Made by a program: the position numbers and the translations under genes. From a virus: a stretch of DNA of 37,783 bases. The DNA lies in the IMG/VR virus record IMGVR_UViG_3300019124_000018, positions 1 to 37,783 of that record; one strand, 5' to 3'. Under the pieces are notes generated by a model. It was not told the origin of the DNA. It searched no databases and worked only from the letters and a program-made list of their open reading frames with translations. Shown one piece after another: positions 14,844 through 22,590 of this stretch; the first letter of the stretch is position 1, and every line of letters starts with the position of its first letter.

Positions 14844-15104
14844 GCGTTAGGCCACCGTTAGGAGCGCGTAATGCCGATTTCGCAGCCGCATCAAGCGGTT
14901 AGCGCAACTCCTAACGTTCTAACGCTCTAACACATGATCCCCTTGATGTATGTGCGTGGGCGCACGCGCGATTGGTGACGGTGCGTTAGAGCGTTAGAGC
15001 GTTAGGTTCATCATCTTCATACGTCAGTTCATCAGTAATTACAGTCACTTAAGACACGGATAACGGCCTAACGGTCGCCTAACGCTGGAACGGACAGCGT
15101 TAGG
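14844..15104. repeat. Iteron array: 10 perfect CGTTAG/CTAACG hexamers plus 3 variants, with an AT-rich core; origin-of-replication candidate
   Basis: Three 8-bp tandem units CTAACGYT (14910-14933) face three AGCGTTAG units (14981-15006) across about 47 bp. An AT-rich stretch follows, with TTCATCA x2 (15006-15060). Further copies at 14845, 14856, 15068, 15079 and 15098. Confidence 0.6.
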
Positions 15105-15124
15105 AACCTGAAGCGGAGGGCGGA

Positions 15125-16033
15125 ATGGCGAAGCGGACGATGGATGCGTGGGACCTGCTGGTCTGGGCGCTGCGCGACCAGCGGGTGGGCGGCTGGCGCG
15201 GGCTGCTGCCGATGGAGCGCCAGCTGGACGACGAGCGGTACGAGCCGCACGGCAGCAGCTCGGACGGCATCGCCGTGATCTCGCGCATCGCCGCGGTCGG
15301 CTGCCGCATCGACGGTGGCGAGCATGCCAACCTGACCGACCGGGTGCATCCCGACGCGGTCGCGGTGGTCAAGGCGGTGAAGGCCGCGCTCGATCCGATG
15401 GAGCTGGACCTGGTCTGCCGCCACGCCCGGCACGGCCTGATGCCCGAGCCGCCCACCACCATGCCCGCCCCCCAGCCGATGCCCTATGTCGACACGGTCG
15501 ACCGCCTCGACGTCGATGCCCGGGGCAAGGTGCGCGACAATACCCGCCGGTCCTTCGCCCAGATCGGCGGGCGCAAGGTCGCCATCGCCGTGCAGGTGGC
15601 GGACTGGGTGGCGGAGCAGCGGGTGACCGGCCGGGTGCGCGACCGCCGGGGCAAGGTGGTGAAGCTGGAGACCGAGACGGTGCAGGTGCCGGTCGAGTTC
15701 TGCCCGGTGCGGTACGAGCCGGACCCGCTGATGGTGGCGGCCGACGCCGGGCTCTACCGCGCCTTCGTCACCGCCATGGGCCGGGTGGCGGCGGCGCTGG
15801 CCGGCGCGGCGTTCCGCGACCATGAGTGCTCCGGTTTCGTCGCCCCGTTCCCCATGCCGGAGCCGCTGGTGATCGAGATGGCCGACGCCCGCGTGGAGCA
15901 GCTGCGGCGCGAGGGGCCGGCGCCGGTGCTGCTGGACGAGGCACCCACCGAGGCGATGACGACGCATGACGGGGCAACCCTGCTGCGCGTGTGCCGTCGC
16001 ATCCGGCTTGACCGACCCTATCGATGTGGGTAA
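15125..16033 (+). CDS. Hypothetical protein (302 aa)
   Basis: GGAGGG 5 nt upstream. No recognisable motifs. Confidence 0.6.
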   Translation: MAKRTMDAWDLLVWALRDQRVGGWRGLLPMERQLDDERYEPHGSSSDGIAVISRIAAVGCRIDGGEHANLTDRVHPDAVAVVKAVKAALDPMELDLVCRHARHGLMPEPPTTMPAPQPMPYVDTVDRLDVDARGKVRDNTRRSFAQIGGRKVAIAVQVADWVAEQRVTGRVRDRRGKVVKLETETVQVPVEFCPVRYEPDPLMVAADAGLYRAFVTAMGRVAAALAGAAFRDHECSGFVAPFPMPEPLVIEMADARVEQLRREGPAPVLLDEAPTEAMTTHDGATLLRVCRRIRLDRPYRCG

Positions 16034-16071
16034 TTTGACACCCGGCACCCGCGAGAGGTGCGTTCGGAATT

Positions 16072-16111
16072 GCGCCCGGAGCGGACACCCCGCTCCGGGC
16101 GCTTCTCGTTT
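16072..16111 (+). terminator. Strong rho-independent terminator
   Basis: Perfect 13-bp stem GCGCCCGGAGCGG/CCGCTCCGGGCGC with a 5-nt loop, followed by TTCTCGTTT. Confidence 0.75.
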
Positions 16112-16122
16112 GGGGCGATGGA

Positions 16123-16857
16123 ATGGCCGACGGCGTCACGCTCCGGATGAACGATGCCAAGGTGCGGCAGGCTCTGGAACAGGCCGGCAAGCAGGCGCGG
16201 TTCGCCGCGGCGATGGCGGCCACCAAGACCGGGCAGCGGGTGAAGGTCGCGCTCCAGGAGGAGATGCGGAAGGTCTTCGACCGGCCGTCCAGCTACACGA
16301 TCGGGGCGGTCGGCCTGGTGCGCGCCACCAAGGACAACCTCTCGGCGCGCATCGTGATCAAGGAGAATGGCGGCAAGGGCACGCCGGCCTGGAAGTATCT
16401 CGGGCCGCAGATCCATGGCGGTGACCGGGGCCACAAGCGCTTCGAGAAGGCGCTGCAGTCGCGCGGCATCCTGCCCCGCAACATGTTCGCCGTGCCCGGC
16501 GGCGCCGCCCGGATGGACGGCTTCGGCAACATGTCGCGCGGCCAGATCGTCCAGATCCTGTCCGACCTCGGGGCCTTCGCCGAGAACGGCTACCGGGCCA
16601 ACCGGTCGCACCGTCGCAAGGCCGAGTACTTCGCCATCCCGAAAGGGCAGGGCCTGACGCCCGGCATCTATCGCCGCATCGAGACGGGCGGGAAGGTCAT
16701 CTTCCGGCCGGTGCTGATCTTCATCCGCCGGCCCCGCTACACCAAGCGCCTGCGCTGGTACGAGGTCGCGGCCGAGGTCTCGGCCGAGCACTTCGAGGCC
16801 GAGTTCGCCCAGGCCTATACCATGGCCCTCGCCACCGCCTACGCCCGCCGCCCCTAG
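16123..16857 (+). CDS. Hypothetical protein (244 aa) just upstream of the cos-like region
   Basis: Long ORF with coding-like composition and a weak SD. No family recognised. Confidence 0.55.
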   Translation: MADGVTLRMNDAKVRQALEQAGKQARFAAAMAATKTGQRVKVALQEEMRKVFDRPSSYTIGAVGLVRATKDNLSARIVIKENGGKGTPAWKYLGPQIHGGDRGHKRFEKALQSRGILPRNMFAVPGGAARMDGFGNMSRGQIVQILSDLGAFAENGYRANRSHRRKAEYFAIPKGQGLTPGIYRRIETGGKVIFRPVLIFIRRPRYTKRLRWYEVAAEVSAEHFEAEFAQAYTMALATAYARRP

Positions 16858-16992
16858 CCCTAGGGGCTCCGTTACCCCGCACCCCCTAGGGCTACGGGTC
16901 CTCCCCCGACCCCGGCGCACGGGGTAATTCGAACCCCGGGGTAACGGTAGGTCGGGGGTGTGGAAACAGGGTAACGGCGGATCGGGTAACGA
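16851..16992 (+). promoter_or_regulatory. cos-like region: palindrome CCCCTAG-CC-CTAGGGG plus GGGTAACG repeats (TerS-binding candidates)
   Basis: Palindrome at 16851-16866, and CCCCTAGGG again at 16883-16891. GGTAAC/GTTACC at 16871, 16940, 16970 and 16985, with a GGTAAT variant at 16923. Further copies inside terS at 17065, 17191 and 17218. Confidence 0.5.
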
Positions 16993-17008
16993 AGTCAGGG
17001 GTTTAGCC

Positions 17009-17605
17009 ATGACGGTGATGTCCCAGGCGGAGTTTTCCAGGGCCCACAACGTCTCCCGGAAGACGGTAACGCAGTGGAAAGAGCAAGGACGCCTTGTTTT
17101 TCAAGGGGATAGCGTCGATGTCGAGAAATCGGACGCGAAGCTGGCCGACGCCAAGCTCGGCCGCTTCCGCCCGGTCCCGAAATCGGCGCCGTTACCTGAA
17201 AGCGCCCAGGTAAAACGGGTAACGTCCGGTCCTGAAAACGAAGTAATCCCGCCCGGTTCTATTGAGAACATCGAGGCGTTTCTTAGCAATCTCTTGAACG
17301 GGCAGTTCGCCACCCAGGCCGAGGCCGAGCGCGTCAAGGAAAACGCGCTGGCCGGCCTGCGCGGGCTGGAGCTGCGGACCAAGGCCGGCTCGATGATCGA
17401 CATCGAGACCGCCCAGACCGTGCTTTTCGAGGTGTCGCGGTCGAACCGGGACGCGTGGATGAACTGGCCGGTGCAGGTCGGCCCGCTGATCGCGGCCGAG
17501 CTGGACCTGCCCGCCGACCGGGTGACGGAGATCCTGACCCGCCATGTCCACCAGCACCTGGCAGACCTCGGCGAACCCGACGCCCAGCTCGGCGGCGAAG
17601 GCTGA
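17009..17605 (+). CDS. Terminase small subunit, Nu1-like
   Basis: N-terminal HTH SQAEFSRAHNVSRKTVTQWKEQG resembles lambda Nu1 (KKQLADIFGASIRTIQNWQEQG). Located immediately upstream of the gpA-like TerL. Confidence 0.75.
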   Translation: MTVMSQAEFSRAHNVSRKTVTQWKEQGRLVFQGDSVDVEKSDAKLADAKLGRFRPVPKSAPLPESAQVKRVTSGPENEVIPPGSIENIEAFLSNLLNGQFATQAEAERVKENALAGLRGLELRTKAGSMIDIETAQTVLFEVSRSNRDAWMNWPVQVGPLIAAELDLPADRVTEILTRHVHQHLADLGEPDAQLGGEG

Positions 17606-19742
17606 GCTGCTGCGCCGGGCGTGGCGCCGCGGGCAGACCCCGCCGCCGCGCCTCTCGGTGCCAGCCTGGGCGGACAGGTACCGCTTCCTGGCGCGCGAGG
17701 CCGGCAGCAACTCCGGCCGCTGGCGGACCAGCCGAGTGGAGATCGCCCGGGGCCCGATGATGGCGGTGACCGAGCCGGGCGTGCGCACGCTGACCGCGAT
17801 GTCGTGCACCCAGCTGCTGAAGACCAGCCTGCTGGAGAACATCTGGGGGTACTTCACCCACCTCGATCCTTGTCCGATCCTGCTGGTGCAGCCGAAGGAC
17901 GAGAGCGCCGAGGCCTTCAGCAAGGAGCGCATCATCCCGATGGTGCGCGCCACGCCGGTGCTGCGCCAGCTCATCAGCCCGAACCGCCGCCGCCGGTCGG
18001 AGGGTCAGGGTGAGGGGCCGCAGCAGCCGGAGAACACGCTGACCTTCTTCCGGTACCCGGGCGGCTTCCTGGCGCTGGTCGGCGCCGGCAGCCCAGACAA
18101 TCTGGCGCGCCGCCCGATCCGGGTGGCGATGTACGACGAGACGGACAAGTACGTGGTCACCCGCGAGGGCGACCCCTTCACGCTGGGCGACGAGCGGCTG
18201 GCGACCTTCGGGGTGAACGCCCTGTCGGTGCGCGCCTGCTCGCCCACGGTGGAGGACGAGAGCCGGATCGCCGCCAGCTATGCCGACAGCGACCAGCGGC
18301 TGGCCTCGGTCGCCTGCCCGCACTGCCGGCACCGGCAGTTCCTGGACTTCTTCCGGCACGTCCGGTGGGACAAGGCCGAGGACGGCACCCACGACGTGCG
18401 CAGCGCCCGCATCTACTGCGAGGCCTGCGGCACCGGCTGGAGCGAGGGCGACCGGCTGGCGGCGCTGCAGAGCATCCGCTGGCACCAGACCCGGCCCTTC
18501 ACCTGCTGCGGGGAGCGCCATTCGCCACTGTCCGCCTATCAGGCGTCGTGGCAGGGGACGCGGCCGGGGGCCGGGGAGGCGGCTTCGCCGGTCGACCGGG
18601 TATGGGACTGGTGGGAGAGCGACCGCTGGGCGGTGTACCGGGTGAAATGCCCGACTTGCGGGAAATGGGGCGTGGACAACGCGCATGCGGGGTTCCAGGC
18701 GTCGAAGCTCTACAGCCCCTGGGACGCCGACCGACCCGACCGCATCGCGGCGAAGTACCTCAACGCCCTGGGCGACGAGGAGAAGCTGCAGGCCTGGTGG
18801 AACACCCAGATGGGCCTGCCGTACCGGCGCAAGGTCGGCAAGGAGGTCCGCGAGGACGTGCTGCTGGAGCGCCGGGAGAACTATGGGGCGGAGGTGCCGG
18901 ACGGCGTCGCGGTGATCACCGTGGGCGGCGACATGCAGGGCGACCGGGGCGAGTTCGAGGTGGTCGGCTGGGGCCGGGACGAGGAGAGCTGGCAGCTCGA
19001 CTACAAGGTCATCGCCGGCGACCCCGACAGCCCGGAATTCTGGGCAGAGGTGGACGCACTGCTGCTGCGCCGCTGGAAGCGCGCCGACGGCCGCGAGTTC
19101 GCCGTGGAGGCGGCCTGCATCGACAGCGGCGGCCATCACACCCAGGCCGTCTACAGCTTCTGCCGGCCGCGCGTCGGCCGCCGGGTCTTCGCCATCAAGG
19201 GCGCGTCGGAGCAGAGCGGCCAGCGCTCGCCCGTGTGGCCGACCGAAGCGGTGAAGCAGAGGAAGTCGCGGGCGCCGCGCCGGTTCAAGCCGGTGATCAT
19301 CGGTACCAACGCCGCCAAGGACCGCATCGCCGAGCGTCTGTCGCGCACCGCGCCGGGCCCCGGCTACATGCACTTTCCGCACGACCGGGACGCCGCCTAT
19401 TTCGCCCAGCTGACGGCGGAGCGGCAGGTGGTGCGGGAGGCGCGGGGCCGGAAATACAGGATCTGGGAACCGCGTCCCGGCCGCGCCAACGAGGCGTTGG
19501 ACTGCCGCGTCTATGCCTATGCCGCGCTGTGCGGCCTGTTGCATCGGGGGTTCCAGTTGAACAGGCGCGCGGACGAGGTGGGGGCGCCCCGGCGCGATCC
19601 CGAGGCTGAGGCGGCGGAGCTGGAGGCGGCGCACGCCGTCGAGGCTGCGCCGCCAGCGCCCGAGCCGCCAGCACCGGTGCGCAAGCGTGTCCCGCCGCCG
19701 CGTCCGCGCGGCAGCTCTTTCGTCAATGGGTGGCGTCGATGA
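17544..19742 (+). CDS. Terminase large subunit, lambda gpA-like
   Basis: VPAWADRYRFLAREAGSNSGRWRTSRVEIARGPM and LLVQPKDESAEAFSKERIIPM match the gpA N-terminal pattern. 732 aa. Overlaps terS by 62 nt. Confidence 0.85.
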   Translation: MSTSTWQTSANPTPSSAAKAELLRRAWRRGQTPPPRLSVPAWADRYRFLAREAGSNSGRWRTSRVEIARGPMMAVTEPGVRTLTAMSCTQLLKTSLLENIWGYFTHLDPCPILLVQPKDESAEAFSKERIIPMVRATPVLRQLISPNRRRRSEGQGEGPQQPENTLTFFRYPGGFLALVGAGSPDNLARRPIRVAMYDETDKYVVTREGDPFTLGDERLATFGVNALSVRACSPTVEDESRIAASYADSDQRLASVACPHCRHRQFLDFFRHVRWDKAEDGTHDVRSARIYCEACGTGWSEGDRLAALQSIRWHQTRPFTCCGERHSPLSAYQASWQGTRPGAGEAASPVDRVWDWWESDRWAVYRVKCPTCGKWGVDNAHAGFQASKLYSPWDADRPDRIAAKYLNALGDEEKLQAWWNTQMGLPYRRKVGKEVREDVLLERRENYGAEVPDGVAVITVGGDMQGDRGEFEVVGWGRDEESWQLDYKVIAGDPDSPEFWAEVDALLLRRWKRADGREFAVEAACIDSGGHHTQAVYSFCRPRVGRRVFAIKGASEQSGQRSPVWPTEAVKQRKSRAPRRFKPVIIGTNAAKDRIAERLSRTAPGPGYMHFPHDRDAAYFAQLTAERQVVREARGRKYRIWEPRPGRANEALDCRVYAYAALCGLLHRGFQLNRRADEVGAPRRDPEAEAAELEAAHAVEAAPPAPEPPAPVRKRVPPPRPRGSSFVNGWRR

Positions 19743-20098
19743 CCGCTGGTATCTGGAACCCGACCTGCGAGCAGGGCGCCACCTTCTCGCACGTCATCAC
19801 CTATTCGGACGAGCTGGGCGCGGCCATCGACCTGACCGGCTGGACGCCCCGGATGGACGTCCGCGCCAGCAAGTCGAAGACGGCCACGCTGATCCTCTCG
19901 CTGACAGCCGCCAACGGCCGCATCACCGTGTCGGACGCCGCGGCCGGGCAGATCACCATCGCCGTGCCCTCCAGCGTCACCACGGCGCTGACACCGGGGC
20001 TCTACTACTACGACATCGAGCTCGAGGACGTGGGCGGGACGATCATCCGCCTGCTGCAGGGCACCTTCACTGTCGACGCCGAGGTCACCGGGTCATGA
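19739..20098 (+). CDS. Small beta-rich (Ig-like?) structural protein (119 aa)
   Basis: ATGA coupling at both ends. Pattern GATF...DLTGWT...LTPGLYYYDIEL. Resembles the N-terminal half of the 22027 gene product. Confidence 0.55.
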   Translation: MTAGIWNPTCEQGATFSHVITYSDELGAAIDLTGWTPRMDVRASKSKTATLILSLTAANGRITVSDAAAGQITIAVPSSVTTALTPGLYYYDIELEDVGGTIIRLLQGTFTVDAEVTGS

Positions 20099-21837
20099 CC
20101 ACCGTCACCATCACCGACAGCCAGGTCCGGGTCACCGCCGTAGGCACCCAGGGGCCGGCCGGCGCGTCCGGCCTTTCCCTGCGCTACGGCACCGGTGCGC
20201 CTGCCCCGGGCGTCGGCAGCGACGGCGACATCTACCTGGACGGGGCCGCCTACGACCTGTACGGGCCGAAGGCGGCCGGTGTCTGGCCGGCGGGCGTTTC
20301 GCTGACCGGTCAGGCTACGGCGGCGCAGGCCGCGCAGGCTGCGGCGGAGGATGCGCGGGACGATGCCCAGGCGGCGGCGGCGACGGCCACCACCAAGGCG
20401 GGCGAGGCGGCGGCGTCCGCCACCGCCGCCGCGACCGACGCCGGGACGGCAACGACACAGGCCGGGATCTCGACCACTCAGGCCGGCATCGCCACCGCGA
20501 AAGCCGGCGAGGCCGCCACCTCCGCCACGGCTGCCGCCGCTTCGGCCTCGACAGCCGCGACCTCTGCCGGCAATGCGGCCACGGCCGAAACTGCCGCCGA
20601 GACCGCCCGGGACGACGCCGAGGCCGCCGCCGCGACGGCCACGACGAAGGCCGGGGAGGCGGCGGCGTCCGCCACGGCGGCCGGGACGGCGGAAAATGGT
20701 GCGGAGGCTGCCCAGGCGGCGGCCGAGACGGCTGCGGCCACCTCGACGAGCAAGGCGGGCGAGGCGACCGCCAGTGCCGCCTCCGCCGCCAGTTCGGCAT
20801 CCACCGCGACGATCCAGGCTGGCATCGCGACGACGAAAGCCGGGGAGGCGGCCGCCTCTGCCACCGCTGCGGCGTCTGCCCAGACGGCGGCGGAGGCGGC
20901 GCGCGACGATGCGGAGGACGCGCGGGACGCGGCGGCGGTTTCGGCCGCCAGTGCGGCGGCGTCGGAAGCGGGCATGCCGGTTGGCACGGTGCTGCCCTTT
21001 GCCGGCATCGCGGCGCCCACCGGCTACCTGGCCTGCGACGGCTCGGCAGTCAGCCGCGCCACCTACGCCGCCCTGTTCGCCGCCATCGGCACGACCTGGG
21101 GCGCGGGGGACGGCAGCACGACGTTCAACCTGCCAAATCTGGGCGGCCGGATGGTGCTGGGCGCGCAGACCGGCGTCGCCTCGGTCGCGGCCACCGGCAC
21201 GCTGCCTACCACCGCGCCAATCAGCCTGACGGCGGCGGTGGCGACGGCGGCGAACAACGGCCGGACGGTCACTCTGACCATGAACGCGGCGGTCGCCAAC
21301 CCGACGAACACGGTGCTGGTCAGCTTCACCAACGCCGTCGCGGGCCTGACCATCACCGTCACACCGAACAATGGTACGAACAACAGCGGCACGCCTGTCA
21401 CCCTGACCTCCGCCGAGATCGTCCAGCTCATAAATACCGGGGCGGTGACGGGCAAGACGCTGACCATCACCAACGGCACGGCCCGGACGCAGATCACCGC
21501 CACCGGCGGCGGCGCGGAGACGGCGGTCTCGGCTTCGGTGGCGCTGGCCGGCGGCGTGGGTGGCGACAACACCGGCGCCCGGACGCTGGGACAGACCGGT
21601 GGTAACGCCAGCGGCTACGCGTTCCCGGCAAACACCAGCAACAGCAATAACAGCGGTGAGACGAACATTGCGGCAGCCGGGTTCATCCTCAGTTCTACTG
21701 GCGCCACCACCCGCCCTTATTCACCCGACATCTCGCCCTTCATGCCGTCCGCAGCCGTGCCAACGCTCGGCAACGTCCCGCTGACCGACAACAACCTGCC
21801 GCCCTACGCGGTGGTGAACTTCATCATCAAGGTGTGA
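20095..21837 (+). CDS. Fibre protein with Ala-rich repeats and a tail-collar-type domain (580 aa)
   Basis: N-terminal GPAGASG and DGDIYLDGAAYDLYGPK. Repeated ARDDA...ATATTKAGEAAASATAA units. Collar motif GTVLPFAGIAAPTGYLACDGSAVSRATYAALFAAIGTTWGAGDGSTTFNLPNLGGR. Confidence 0.75.
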   Translation: MTTVTITDSQVRVTAVGTQGPAGASGLSLRYGTGAPAPGVGSDGDIYLDGAAYDLYGPKAAGVWPAGVSLTGQATAAQAAQAAAEDARDDAQAAAATATTKAGEAAASATAAATDAGTATTQAGISTTQAGIATAKAGEAATSATAAAASASTAATSAGNAATAETAAETARDDAEAAAATATTKAGEAAASATAAGTAENGAEAAQAAAETAAATSTSKAGEATASAASAASSASTATIQAGIATTKAGEAAASATAAASAQTAAEAARDDAEDARDAAAVSAASAAASEAGMPVGTVLPFAGIAAPTGYLACDGSAVSRATYAALFAAIGTTWGAGDGSTTFNLPNLGGRMVLGAQTGVASVAATGTLPTTAPISLTAAVATAANNGRTVTLTMNAAVANPTNTVLVSFTNAVAGLTITVTPNNGTNNSGTPVTLTSAEIVQLINTGAVTGKTLTITNGTARTQITATGGGAETAVSASVALAGGVGGDNTGARTLGQTGGNASGYAFPANTSNSNNSGETNIAAAGFILSSTGATTRPYSPDISPFMPSAAVPTLGNVPLTDNNLPPYAVVNFIIKV

Positions 21838-21841
21838 CGCC

Positions 21842-22027
21842 ATGACGACCGCCACCCCGGCGCCGGTATGGCGCCTCGTCCACGACGGCACCCATATCAT
21901 CCGCCTGGACGACGAGCCCGACGGCCCGCTGCCCGAGCCGCACACGGTGTTCGGTGCCTGCTGCCGCGAGGATTGCGAGGCCGAGGCCGCGCGCCTCGGC
22001 CTGATCCCCCTGCCGGAGGAGGCGTGA
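21842..22027 (+). CDS. Hypothetical small protein (61 aa) following the fibre gene
   Basis: ORF with TGATG coupling to the next gene. The position would fit a fibre assembly factor (inference). Confidence 0.45.
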   Translation: MTTATPAPVWRLVHDGTHIIRLDDEPDGPLPEPHTVFGACCREDCEAEAARLGLIPLPEEA

Positions 22028-22587
22028 TGCCCACCGTGCCGCTGAACGAGCCCACCGAGCTGTCCGCTGGCGACAGCTGGGCGTGGCGCCGCGAGGATCT
22101 GAGCGGGGAGTATCCGGCCGACGACGGCTGGACGTTGACCTACTACTTCAACTTTGGTGGCGAGACCTTCAGCGTCGCCGCCAAGGCGGCCGGGCCGCAC
22201 TTCGCCGTCGCGGTGCCGGCGGCGACCACGGCCAACTACCAGCCGGGCACCTACGACTGGCGCGCCTACGCTGCCAAGGGCGCCGACCGCTACCAGGTGG
22301 ACAAGGGCCTGCTGACGGTCTTGCCCAACTTCGCCACCGCCACCACCGACCAGCGCAGCCACGCCCGCAAGGTGCTGGCGATGGTCGAGGCGGTGATCGA
22401 GGGCCGCGCCACCAGCGACGTCCTGAAGTACCAGATCGCCGGCCGCACGCTGGAGAAGACGCCCATCGGCGACCTTCTGAAGCTGCGCGACCGGTACCGG
22501 GCGGAGGTGGCGCGCGAGGCCGATGCCGACCGCATCGCCGCCGGGCTGCCCAACCGTAAGCGCGTCCTCGTGCGGTTCGGGAGATAG
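22027..22587 (+). CDS. gpW-like head-tail joining protein with an N-terminal beta-rich extension (186 aa)
   Basis: The C-terminal ARKVLAMVEAVIEGRATSDVLKYQIAGRTLEKTPIGDLLKLRDRY resembles lambda W. Located immediately upstream of the portal gene. Confidence 0.55.
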   Translation: MPTVPLNEPTELSAGDSWAWRREDLSGEYPADDGWTLTYYFNFGGETFSVAAKAAGPHFAVAVPAATTANYQPGTYDWRAYAAKGADRYQVDKGLLTVLPNFATATTDQRSHARKVLAMVEAVIEGRATSDVLKYQIAGRTLEKTPIGDLLKLRDRYRAEVAREADADRIAAGLPNRKRVLVRFGR

Positions 22588-22590
22588 AGA

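Noticed and set aside
14844-15104. CRISPR array interpretation of the CGTTAG repeats
   Set aside because: The repeat units are only 6-8 bp, directly abutting or irregularly spaced, and in both orientations, with no spacers of uniform length. This is iteron-like, not CRISPR.
20351-21229. 292-aa Pro/Arg-rich ORF and minus-strand ORFs 20315-20800 and 20478-21020 inside the fibre gene
   Set aside because: These are alternative frames of a GC-rich Ala-repeat region. The frame with the tail-collar motif and ATGA coupling is the real one.
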